Shown: positions 1 to 11,952 of the stretch, in pieces
Position numbering within the stretch: the first letter of the stretch is position 1
Layout of the letters: every line of letters begins with the position of its first letter
Assembly (NCBI GenBank): GCA_000934665.2
Contig: KZ537985.1
Coordinates: forward strand, 62,001 to 126,000
Length of the DNA stretch: 64,000 nucleotides
Reading direction: 5' to 3'
Source of the DNA: Catajapyx aquilonaris
Taxonomy: Eukaryota
The notes under the pieces: model-generated
Told to the model about the DNA's origin: nothing
What the model saw: the letters and a program-made list of their open reading frames with translations, nothing else
The model's database searches: none
Position numbers and translations under genes: made by a program

Positions 1-2
1 AG

Positions 3-1472
3 GTGTCCAATGCCCTTGTAATTGCAAAGCAGAAGTTTGGCCGCCTGGACATGGCCATCAACTGTGCTGGAGTAGGGGTAGCATTCAAGACGTACAACTT
101 CAACAAGAAGATGCCCCACAAGTTGGACGATTTTGAGCGTGTAGTAATGGTGAACACGGTTGGCACCTTCAACGTCATCCGCTTGGCTGTTGGCCTCATG
201 GGAGAAAATGAGCCAGATCATAATGGGCAGAGAGGAGTAGTGGTCAACACTGCCAGCGTGGCAGCGTTTGATGGGCAGATGGGGCAGGCCGCTTACTCTG
301 CCAGCAAGGGAGCCATTGTTGGAATGACCCTTCCCATAGCCAGGGATTTATCATCGCAAGGGATACGTGTCTGCACCATTGCACCAGGTATGAACCGTAC
401 TGATTTGCCCCTTTTTGAGGATGATGATGTAAGTCAGTTTAACTCAACAGACAATTTTTCACTGCTTATGGCTTAGGCCTACATAAAAGGAAACGACAAG
501 TTGCAGTTGGTGTGTTTATATTCTTAATTGCCAGATATTCCCAAGACATGGTCAGGATGATGTAGGTATGACTGGCTCATTGTCCCTACAGTGTTATCAA
601 TCATACATCATTGTGACCATCTCAAGCACATCTGGACCTCTAATATTGTAAATGCACCTACTGGCTTCTTCAGGGCAGTGCTTGTTTCCAGTGATAAAAT
701 AATCATTTTATTGGAGTAATAATAATACTTTCAATAATTGTGGGTGGTGCTGTCACTTCTTTACCACGATACATTGCACAAAGATTCTGCAAGATAATAG
801 CAATGCCACTGAATATTGAGGCACGGTAAAGAATATTGTGAAGTCACGTTGAATAGTCGTAAATCACCATAAGCATCAAGCAAAGTAGTACAAGTAGATA
901 AGGGGGCCGTTCACACCTGGCAAGCCACGGCCAGGCCACGGCTTACAAGGTAGGCCAACTTCCTGGAAGTTGGCCAGGGCCGCGGCCAGCCGCGGCTAAG
1001 CTTGGCCGGTCTGCACGGCCCCAAGGACAAATATGGCCAGCCAAATGAAGGTACATGAATGACATGAATATCAAATTCTTTATGTCATGATTTTAAGAAG
1101 GCTATATTTTATCACATGCTATGTCAGTTTTGGGTTTTAGAGGACTAAGTCCTGGGTCCACCTTTAGACATTGTTTTCCACCTCACTCATATCATGCCCA
1201 CCCAGCATCTGTAATCGAATCACACACATTCCATATCACAGGTATCTTTGGCTTACAGTAATTGACCTCTTGTTTAAACAGGCCTTTTTGATACTCCACT
1301 TCTTGGGCAACTTCCCGAAAAGGTCCGCGCCTTCTTGGCCCGGACCGTGCCGTTTCCTCAGCGCTTGGGAGATCCAGATGAATATGCGCAACTTGTTCAA
1401 CACATAGTTACGAATCCAATGCTCAATGGGGAAGTTATCAGATTGGATGGAGCATTACGCATGCAGCCTTGA
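3..1472 (+). CDS. HSD17B10: 3-hydroxyacyl-CoA dehydrogenase type 2 / 17-beta-HSD10 (scully), last two exons (5' part outside window)
   Basis: Exon 3-387 encodes ...[18 protein letters not shown]...[37 protein letters not shown], with the SDR YxxxK motif. A GT..AG intron spans 388-1281. Exon 1282-1472 encodes [63 protein letters not shown], the typical HSD17B10 C-terminus. Confidence 0.96.
902..1022. mobile_element. Small palindromic MITE-like element (PIF/Harbinger-type ends) in HSD17B10 intron
   Basis: Imperfect TIRs GGGGGCCGTTCACAC.../...GTCTGCACGGCCCC. Internal hairpin GGCCAACTTCC-T-GGAAGTTGGCC (~953-975). TAA precedes the left end; the right TSD is not intact. Confidence 0.55.
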
Positions 1473-1552
1473 GCAGGGACTGAACTTGAATCATGAATTG
1501 CAATGAAATCAATGAATGTGGATTATACATACTAGCTATTTTTTGGTAATGG

Positions 1553-1558
1553 AATAAA
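1553..1558 (+). terminator. Polyadenylation signal of HSD17B10
   Basis: AATAAA ~80 nt downstream of the stop codon. Confidence 0.6.
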
Positions 1559-1589
1559 TAGTATGGCATTTATAAGCTTCTTGCATATG

Positions 1590-2332
1590 TTACTCAAGGG
1601 GTGAAACCTCAACATGTATAAAGGCTAAGTGTCTGCTCAAAATGAAGTCATACCGGTCCACTACACTAATTGTGAGCTCCAAAGGGAATATGAGTGGACC
1701 AGTCACAGGGCGGATCAGTCTGACAGAACCTGTAAATGTTCATATGAAGCGTACTGTCACTATTACACCAGAAAGCAGTGAATTTCAACAACATACCACC
1801 CCTGTTGTTCACTATGCAGTCAAAATATCCACCTCCATTTCCAGACGTGATATCAAATCTTAGCCAGAACTGCCTGGATTGCGTTGCTACAGCCTGGATT
1901 TTAGTCACAACCTGTTCAATGAACAAAAAATTTATGGCACATAAAATGTAAACATTAGCCATCAATACAGTCCTTTAAGCCATAGAATGACATGACATCA
2001 GACCAGCTGTGTTTTCTGAGCATGTGCAGTAGTATGTTTGAAGAGCGATTCGGGGACATGGTAGGAGGGAAGAACTGGGTGGAGACTGGCCATGTCGTTC
2101 TTTGACTTAACGGACTGTAGCTTCCTGCAACCAGCTACATGTTCTTCCTGCTGACCAAGATCAACGCAAATAAATGATAAGATACATCCTTACCATTGGA
2201 TTAGGGAGTCGCCTCAGAGTAGGAAGTGATATGAACTGATAAGTGATGGTCTTCGTATTATCCAGGATACATGAGCGATCTGCATGACGACAAGACCTTT
2301 TACACACAACGCTGTTTTCTAATGCATGATAT
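1590..2332 (-). CDS. FBLN1: Alternative fibulin C-terminal domain (fibulin-1D-like), three exons
   Basis: Exons 2194-2332, 1797-1911 and 1590-1729 have canonical AG/GT sites and compatible phases (2,0,1). They translate to (K)YHALENSVVCKRSCRHADRSCILDNTKTITYQFISLPTLRRLPNPM|VVTKIQAVATQSRQFWLRFDITSGNGGGYFDCIVNNRG|GSVRLIRPVTGPLIFPLELTISVVDRYDFILSRHLAFIHVEVSPLE*. The phase-2 acceptor matches the phase-2 donor at 3569. Confidence 0.85.
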
Positions 2333-2427
2333 CTGAAACCAGGATAGAGCACATGCAATTAATATGCAGTGCACTTACACGTATTACAAAGAGCTGAAAA
2401 AGCAACACTTTGTCCTGTTTTCGTGTT

Positions 2428-2433
2428 TTTATT
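2428..2433 (-). terminator. Candidate polyadenylation signal of the fibulin C-isoform
   Basis: TTTATT (AATAAA on minus strand) lies downstream of the C-isoform stop (3056) and just upstream of the first D-specific exon. Confidence 0.5.
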
Positions 2434-3055
2434 AAAGCATATCTACAAATTTCTGACTAGACATGAAAACTAACCAATTCAAACCATATAAATACTGCCA
2501 TACAGTTTGGGATATATTTTATAAAGTATTACAAATTGAGTGTGCCAATATTGTATGAAACAACAACGTAGTGGTTCAGCAGGAAAAAATTGTCTTGGTG
2601 TGATTTTGCTGATGCGCAGAGGTTTATGTGAGTGCTGGAAATATTGGATGATGATGAACATCACATGCACCCAAGAATTTCTGATTGTTTTTATATGGTA
2701 GAAATCAGTTTCGCTAAATTTTTTGTACAACTATTGCAACCCATCGTGCAATTAAAATGCAAATTGAGTTAACTCGTTGCATTTTTAAATACATTTCCCA
2801 TACTTAGGTTTATAAATACAAGTGCAAAAAAGAGAGCCACTCTGCTCCTGCCACCAACAACCTTGTAACAGCATACAAGTTTACTTATAGCAATAATGCA
2901 AATACCAAAATAAAAAATCAGAGCTGGGACTTCTTGATGTTGTCACACTCAATTGTACATAATCATGAACATTAGTCAATCACCAATGAAACAAAAAATT
3001 GGCAGTGATTAACCCACATTGTCATGCATCCCTCCATCTTTTAAGGAACCCTGAG

Positions 3056-6000
3056 TTAGAACTCGTACTGCGACACATATATAAAAAGCGTGGCCACAGC
3101 GGACCCAGCGAAGGCATTATTGTGGTATAGCTTCATAGTGAGCCTGAGCTGGACCTCCTGAGGGCCCTGAAGTGTCCTGACTAGAGAGATAACGGCCTGG
3201 TTGAAACTGGTCCTCTGCAGCTGGAAGGTGTCTCTTGCGGCAGCTTTTATACCCGTTGGAGCCCTCGAGTCGACAAGCTCCAATTCAAACTCGACTGAGG
3301 CAGAGTTCCACAGAGGACCACGCATGGTGAACAGGTCCAGACGTCCTGAGGAGCGTGGTAAAGCCAGGTTGGACACGAAGGTTAGGAAGTTGTAGGAGTA
3401 GCTGAGCGGCATCCGGCCACATTCAGGATCACCATCGCGGCACGAGGAGGGACCGCGCTTGCAGCGGCTGAAGCCCCGGCAGGTAAGAAGCAGGGGTTGG
3501 TATTAGTTTGTGTCCAAAGCCATGCTAGGGTTAGTTCCCTGGGCTTGTAAAATAGAAGGGTGACTCACTTTTTGTGTTCACGGTCTCGAATGTAGTTGGC
3601 TGGGCAGTTTATGGAGTGGCAGCGGTGGCCACCTCGCACATTGAGGCAAATTTCATTCTCACCTTGGCACACTTGACCTGCAGCACACTCGTCTATGTCT
3701 GAAAGCAGCAAAAGTTGGGGTTTCTATTGGGAAGCTCCCTACCATGAAAGGGCAAACCTTGGCATGTTCGTTCATCTGAACCAAGCTTATAGCCTTCTGG
3801 ACATTGACAAGTGTAGCTGCCAGGCTGGTTCATGCAGAATCCGACACACAAATTCTGGTCCTTGAACTGCTCACATTCGTCAATATCTTGACATGACCTG
3901 CAATGAATATCAGATATAGAGCCTCGATGCACAATTGGATTTGAAGAGAAATCCGTAGCTCATATCCAAAAAAAATACCTCTTGTCTGGTGCCAGGAGAT
4001 AACCAGCATCACACGAGCAGCGGTATGACCCCCACATATTGATGCAGTTTTGTTGACAAATTCCAGGTGTCTGAGTGCACTCATCAATATCTGTGTTGTA
4101 AGAGAGGTAAGTCATCAGAGGCAACCATTTCATATTCTGCCAGAAGCTTCACATACCAATGCAACTTTTCCCGTCATCTCCTTGGATGAAACCATCCTTG
4201 CAGATGCATCTGTAGGACCCTGGCATGTTTTGGCACTCTGAGTTGATAGAACACACCTGGGGAAAAGAAATTAGTTTAATAACGCCTTGCATGAAAGTGA
4301 CACTGCGATCGCTAATTAATTGGGATAGTTTATAGCCTGCATTGGGCATTTGTCGCAATGAATTTATTTATACAGTACAAGATAAAACTTCTCTGACTTG
4401 TCCTGAGTATCTGGTGCATTCGTCCACATCTTCACACCCTTTTTCCTTGTGGAATATGTATCCAGTAGGACATTGGCACACATATCCTCCAGGTCTGTTC
4501 TGGCATGTTTGACCTCTTTGGCAGTCGTGGGTGCCACGAGCACATTCATCGACATCTAGAATCAGCAGAGAAATATTTCGAGTCGAGATATGTTGATATA
4601 TTATGAGATGATGTCCAACTTACCAAGACACTGTGTTCCATATTCATTGCTCTCAAATCCAGCCCCACACTGGATTCGATTTTGGCAAACATATGATCCT
4701 AATGTGTTGATACAACGTTGATGTCGTTTGCATGGGTTGGTTCTGTCACATTCATTTATGTCTGCAAAAATGCATTTTATACACATTACCAATCCTAACA
4801 GGTCACGACTCTGGACAAAGAGAAGAATCACGAAACTGTACCACTACAAACACCCTTTAGGTCAGGCTCATGACCCTGAGGACACCCGGGAGAGAAGCAG
4901 TTACCGTCTTCAGACAAAAACATTCCAGGTTCACAACGCTTCTTATCACATCGAAATGATCCAGGAGTATTCCTGCACTGCCAGTTTGGTCCCAATGTGT
5001 TGCAGTTGTCAGTTTTTAGAGCACACTCATCATCATCTAGCATTTAGTAGAGGATTAGTGGAAGCATCTCATATAGCCAAGTAAGCCATGGTTAGTACCT
5101 TCACAGAAACTAGTTTGAGCATTCAGAGTGTACCCAGTTCCACAGCTGGTAGTACGAATGCATTGGAAGGATCCGATTGTGTTGTCACATCTTTGAGTCG
5201 GAAGGCATGTGTGGGAGCCCAGCTGGCATTCATTTACGTCTGCAGGGCAATCAGTGTACCATGTTATTATCTATTTTCAAAGTGTGCATTTTTAAGCAGT
5301 GAAAATGAGTGGCCAAGCTTACCCATGCAGCCCTGAGTGTAAGAGTCGAGGTTGTAGCCCATCTTGCATTGACACAAGTAGCTGCCGACTGTGTTCTCAC
5401 AATTTTGAGTACTGTCACAGGGACCATCTTCCTCAGTTTCACATTCGTCAATGTCTGTTAGTTACGTGCACCAGTGTGTTAGATGAGCTATACAAACACA
5501 AGTCAAGAAGAGTGTTCTTATCCACTTACCCATACATCTCTTGTAGAAGTCATCATACTTATATCCGGTATGGCACGTGGTCGTGATGGTCGAGGGAGAT
5601 GTTTGTGGCTGAAGTGGATCGACTGGACCTTTAGGACCACACCTGTAACCACCTACTTCATTCAGGCATATCTCAGTGTCTGGATTGCACAAGTCCTGCT
5701 GCTCTTCACACTCATTCACATCTGAAAATCCAGGGTAGGAACAGTCAAACAGAACGGTTGTCCAGCAATCACAATAAACAGGCTCTTCGAATTCACAGGA
5801 GTTGATTGACACACTCAATGAACTTCTCTGAATATCGAGTTTGTTCTAACGTGGTAAAACTGAAGCATTGCATGAACATGGCCAGTAAGCAGTTATGTGT
5901 GTTAGGGGTTGCAACTCATGTCGCATGACAGATTAGGTGTTAGAGCAGGAAGAAATCGCGATTGTCGTGATAATAGTACCGTACGGCACGATCAAATATG

Positions 6001-9000
6001 CAAAGGAGCAGTCCTCAATGAAAATTGATCGTACCCAGACACCTCCTTCGCCAGTGGTCAAATCGGTAGCCCGAAGGACACCTGCCCTGCTTTTCCCACA
6101 TACGTAACACGTGCTCATTGCTCATTACAGAACTGGGACTGGCCCTGTCGCAGTGGTAACTGCCTCCAGTGTTCACGCACGATTCTGTGGAACTACATGT
6201 GTCCAGCCTCTCGTCACATTCGTCAATATCTGGGCGAGGAAATCCTAGTAGTGACCGTCCTCATTGCACAACAACAACTGAACAAAGAATTAGTCAATGT
6301 GGGAGGTGGCTGGACATGCTGGAACACACTATTCCTTCGGGCTTACCTTCACTCAACACCTGGAGGTTAACTTACACTTACCCTCGCAAATCTTGATCGT
6401 TTCGTTGAATCTGAATCCCAAACTGCATCGCTCACGATCTACGCACTCGAATCCTCCTACGCTGTTTACACATACCCGGCCATCCTCGCACTGGTGTAGT
6501 CCTTCCACACATTCGTCCACATCTGTAAGTACAAAATGTAGACATTGACATCAAGTAAGACAATGTTGCAGTGGATGTTTACCTTCACACCGTCTGGAGT
6601 CAAAGCTGAAATCGTAACCACGAGGACACGATGGCTTTTCCTGACATGCGTAACTCCCGTATGAGTTTATGCATATGGATATGCCGGCGGGACAGTCATG
6701 GATGTTTTCCCCACATTCATCTATATCTATAGCACACATTGGCAAAAGCAAAGCCTGCATTATTGAACGCACCAAGCACATGCATACACTCCCAAACACT
6801 GACGTGCGTAAATACACGGTGTATAATAAAAGTCGAACCTGATTGATAGTTTATTGGTCAGATTTTATATGAAAGACCTGTCTTACCCACACATCTTCCG
6901 TACGAATCTTTTTTGAATCCTGTTTGACACTCCGGATTATTTCGGCACCAATATGAGCCAAGACTGTTGACACATGTCTGTCTTCCAGAGACGCACCGGT
7001 GACTACCTTCATCGCACTCGTTGATATCTGTCAATTGCACATTGTAGGATATACCAACATCAGCAAGTGTGGATCAGCTCACCTTCACAATTGTCATGTG
7101 CTGTATTTCTAAATCCAACTCCACACTTGGCCACCATTTCGCAGGAGAAACTTCCGTCTCGGTTTTCACACCTATGTGAACATGGTCGGTTTTTGATCGT
7201 GTGTTTGGGAGAGAGAATTCCTCTCAAAATACCTTTCTCTTTGAGGGTCACAGTTGTGAAGACCTTCTCGACATTCGTCGATATCTACACATGATGATGG
7301 ATTGGATGCATCGGGACGATACCCTTGGCGGCATGGTTGGGCGCACCGGAATGAACCAGGAAGATTCACGCATCGTTCGTTTGTCCTACAAACTCGAGGA
7401 ACATCTTCACACTCGTTCACATCTGCGAAATTTTGTCACCAATCAGTACTTAGACATTTGTATATATTTTGTCGGTGGCACGACTAACCTTCACACTGAA
7501 GTTGCTCCGTGTTGTATCGATATCCAGGAGGACATCGAGGGGTCAATCGGCACACGAATCCTCCTGGAGTGTTCACACAATCTTCCTGGTCAAGCTTTGA
7601 GCAGTTATGAATTCCCATTTCACATTCGTTGATATCTGAAGACAAAAGACGTTACATGACCACTTCAGTGTTAAACTTCTCACACCTATCAACTACCTTT
7701 GCACTCCCTGGATGCGAAGTTGAACTTGTAGCCAGCAGGACAAGTTTCGGACACATGATCCTTACGCGATGAGATAGATTCGCATCTGTACTGTGCAACT
7801 TCGTTGATGCACACCTCATCCGTCTTGCATGTATGGAGACCTTCTGCACACTCATCCACATCTTCATTGAATAAAAGCATGGTTTTACTTCACGGCTTAT
7901 CTACCTTGGAGTCAATTCCATGTCTGATTCCGTACCTTCACACACCACTCCAGGCTTAGAGCTTACTTTGAAACCTGCGCTACAAACTATTTTAGGTCTG
8001 GTCATACAAATGTAGTTCCCAGCCGTGTTCACACAGTGTTCAGTGTCTTTGCAATCGTGTTTTCTCTCCCTACATTCGTCAATGTCTAGACGGAAGAGAG
8101 GCATGTCATTACTTTTTAGTATAACCAGCTCATTGTCATAACATGCATTATGCAAATGTGTAACACTAGACTATGTACTTGTAGTTAAATACTTCTGCAA
8201 TATCATTAATATTACTTATTAGAAAAAAGAGCAACACTTACCCCCATCATCCTCTTCTTTCCGCAAAAAGCATGATGTTTGGCAATCCAGGTCATGGGTG
8301 CAATAATAGTAGTATACAAAATATGACGTGATGTTGCTGAATTAGAGGCACTTACATGTTAAGTGGGCCATGCATCGCGCATTCCGTTCTTCAGATCCAC
8401 GCGAGAATAAACGCAAAAAAAGTGGGTATTGTTAAATCGCAAGCCCTATTGTTAGTCCAGCAATGAACTCGTCGAGTGTTAGCTTTTATATGTGTATTGT
8501 ATATGCGAGAGGCAGGGGCGGCAAGAAAGAGCGGCACATACACCTACCCACACACATTCGAAAGGCCAAACTGTACCGGAAGCCCCTGTCGCACTGCATG
8601 TCGCATTCGTACGCTCCAGCAGTGTTTCGACACGTCTCCATCGCCTCCTCGCAAGTGTGAAGGTTCTCCGCGCATTCATCCACATCTACGTCGAGAATCA
8701 TAAGAAGTAACAAACAACATGCCAACCAGCATCATTTTCGATGCATACCATTAGTTCCGTACTCAACTATAGACATTCACATAGCCCACTAACATTGCAA
8801 TGACAAATGGGGTACCTTCGCAAGTCCTGGTGGTCGGATTGTGTTTGTATCCTGCAGGACACGAGCTGCTCTCCTTCTTGTCCTGACACACGAATCCTCC
8901 TTGGGTGTTCAGGCAGTAGCTTTTCTCACGGTTGCAGTTGTCCAACCCTTCCGTACACTCGTCCACATCTGCAGTACAGGACAGTAGTCAGTGGCCCAAT

Positions 9001-10927
9001 TGTCGATGCAAATACATACCTAAGCATGTTTGCAACTCGGTATTGAAAGCATAACCAGGAGGACAGTCCTCGAGAAGTATTCTCACGCATGTGTATGATC
9101 CAAACGTGTTCAGGCATCGATGCGTCTCATTACACGCGTCCAATCCGAACAGGCACTCATTAACATCTGAAACAAGCTCATTAAGACTCCATACGCGAAT
9201 GTAAACTGAGGCAACACCCACCGTCGCAAACCTGCTTCTCAAAATTAAAGTGGTATCCCACAGGGCATTTCCCTTCGCTCGGGTTCGACGGAAACAACGT
9301 GTCCTGGTCGCTCTCCACGTGCTTTTCCGTCGATCCGTCTTGGTTCACACACGAGTATCCGCCCAGCTCATTCCGACACGTCTGTCGTCCTCGCTCGCAA
9401 AAATAGTCCAATCCCAACAAACACTCATTTATATCTGTACAAACATATTTATTAATATATTAATTTACGAAAATATTTTTAAAAAGACGTACCGACGCAA
9501 TTTCGTTCATCGGGCGCCAACTGGTATCCAGCACGACACGAACACTCCACAGCAACACCAGTGTCGAAACACTTATGTGAACACGGATTGCTTGTTTTAC
9601 ACCTGCAATAAGCGCTCTATTTATATGTTGTAACCTGTCAGGTTCGAAAAATTGCGACAAAAAAAACCAGACACTAAAATAAGCGTGGCAGACACCGGAA
9701 AGATATGCGGAAGACTGCCGTACCTATCAGGAGCGTCATCCTTCTGACAGGATTTTCCATCGGCCATTAGCCGGAATCCATCTCGACATTCGCAGCGGTA
9801 CGACCCAGGAATAGATACACAAATGTGGGCGCATAGTTGTCCTGGAAACAGCTCGCATATCTTGTCCATAGTGTGCGGTATGCTCGGGGAGGCTGCAACA
9901 ATAAGGAATTGTACAGTCCATTGTTGGAAGTTGGGAGGTACGCACCTGTTGGATCAGTGGATGAATCGGATGGGTTGTCTTCATCAGATGGAAGGCAGCA
10001 TTTTTTGAAGGCGGAGTCCCAAGGCTGACCTAGGTCAAAGTTCGCGAAGGTACATTTGGATGCCATCAGACCCAATTTGCAACCGTCGCAACAATCCTGA
10101 AAAATCATTTCAATAAGGTGTATACGTATAGTAAATTTGAAGAACGTACCTTATGGTACTCTCCGCCGTACTCGGTGGTGACCACGCAGTCACGTCCGGA
10201 TTTGGCTGCTTCAATACCCCGTTCGCACTGATGCTGCCTGGAATACGGATCACAGGGTGTTTATAAAATGACGCCACCGTCCTTGGCATAACCATAAATC
10301 TGACCATGACGTCTAATAATGGAAATCAAGTACAAGTCAATAGTCTCGAGTCCTGATAACAACTTATTTGCTGCATCACCCTATTAAAAACCGAGATTAC
10401 GTCTGTACGTTTGACCTTCACATTCAATACCTCTGTCTCCGTAAGCAACAAATCCCGATTGTTGTGTCGCAAACACTCTGCATTTCCGATCCAATCCCAG
10501 CAATAGGTCCAGGAAACTTTCGACAATTATGACCCTGCGACCCCCAGTTGATTCCAAGGGTACAACATTTCTGAAAGGTCGCCTCCAAGTCACCTGAAAA
10601 GAAAAGCGGTTCACCGATGTTTAATAAACATGTGTCGACAATGTATAGGTATGTTTAGATATGTACAGGTATGTTTAGATATGCATTGCTGTGGTTGGCT
10701 TAATTTATCACATTTTTGTGGGTACCGTTGTAGGTCGATGCCCGATGCTGATGACTCCTTAATGATGTTCCCGGGAGTCATCAAGTGACGTGAGAGCCAA
10801 CCAAAATGCCTATCTATCAAAATCAGTGTGACACAGTACCTTGCAAATTGGTAGCCAAACAAGTGACCATCATGACAACCAGGACCTGCACGCACTCACG
10901 CAGGTCAAACACACGGATCCGATTCAT
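3056..10927 (-). CDS. FBLN1: Fibulin-1-like extracellular matrix protein (signal peptide, anaphylatoxin-like modules, ~25 EGF/cbEGF modules, fibulin C-terminal domain; 1C-like isoform)
   Basis: Signal-peptide exon 10840-10927 ([29 protein letters not shown]). AT-like exons include [18 protein letters not shown]...ICCLRRQ and DCCDGCKLG...AFKKCC. ~25 EGF modules, most with D[IV][DN]EC...CxNxxGS[YF]xC and mostly one per exon, lie between ~9900 and 3569. The last exon 3056-3467 reads [30 protein letters not shown]...[10 protein letters not shown]. Confidence 0.93.
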
Positions 10928-11881
10928 CTTCACACATCAACAGTCACAAAGTTCAACCACACTCCACCGAAGCCCTCTGTACTCTGGGCCTCTGGGAAGA
11001 ATCGCTATGATAGGAGCAAAGTCACGTGCTCTTTGCGGTTCCTCACCCCCCTTCCACATACACCACACACCCTTAACGATAAGTTCGGTCAATTACAATG
11101 TGTCGGTATGGCAGTAGGAACGGAGCCATGAAAGCTAAAAACGGAGCTATAAAAACAACCACCCGCGGGGATTTACAAGGTTCAAATTGGAGTCGACGCA
11201 AATGGATTATGGGGGATTGGTGTTGACAAGACAGAAGTACGCAACTACGCCAGACCCAGACCATTGCTAATGAGTCGACGAGTGAGGCTGTGCGTCACTC
11301 CCACTTGGAATAACCAGAAAGTTCGGGTACTACGAATTGTTCGATGACAATCCTGACCTGTAGACGACAGGCATGTTTTTTAAAATGGTATTTCCAGGAT
11401 GTCCTTCTTCTGCGAAGTGACTTAAAAACAAATGATGAGATGACGGGTTGATGCGTTTTTGTCCGCATGTTTTGATTTCTTTTGGAGTTCCCTGGGAAAA
11501 CATGGTGATGATGGCGTCATTTTTTGTGGGCTGCGAGGGCGGTAAGCCAGAAAAGTTGAATCATGGCTAGAGTGGCTATATTGGTCAAAATATGATTTGG
11601 TACCGCGCCAGTGTACGTAACATGTCGGCTCTGCAACCAACAGCACTCTAGCAAGGTCCACTATCAGCAGGAAATATCCTGCATTTGTTTGTCCCTGTAT
11701 GATGCAACAAGTCCTGTTTTTCAGGCGCCTATCTGTTGAAGCATCACTACAAGCACTGTTATCAGCATGGTATATCCTTTAAGACAACACCGTGGTCCTT
11801 GATTGCACGTGCCACATCCATTCTGGCCTGATAATGCAATTGAAGGGGACCTGTATCCACAACACAACAATGCAATATGGC

Positions 11882-11895
11882 GTTACCTAAGCAAC
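11882..11895 (+). promoter_or_regulatory. RFX X-box upstream of ODF3-like gene copy 1
   Basis: GTTACC-TA-AGCAAC fits GTNRCC(N0-3)RGYAAC, ~58 bp before the ATG at 11953 of a cilium/flagellum-type gene. Confidence 0.6.
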
Positions 11896-11952
11896 TGACA
11901 TAATATAGGATTTTTGTCCACTAGAACTTGGAGGCTCTGGCCTCACTTGGCC

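Noticed and set aside
418..480. C/D-box snoRNA (ATGATGA) in HSD17B10 intron
   Set aside because: No downstream CTGA D box or terminal stem at a suitable distance.
1956..2151. Open frame within the intron between the first and second D exons
   Set aside because: It would need a ~42-nt intron and has no similarity to the fibulin fold. Direct splicing gives a complete domain.
6347..6359. 13-nt fibulin microexon (ccag|GTGTTGAGTGAAG|gtaag)
   Set aside because: It would shift the frame, and the upstream intron would be only ~22 nt.
8236..8485. Extra cassette exon(s) in the long fibulin intron (GTAAGT donors at ~8241 and ~8355; [14 protein letters not shown] peptide)
   Set aside because: No phase-compatible acceptor with a plausible intron length; stops in the extended frames; not EGF-like.
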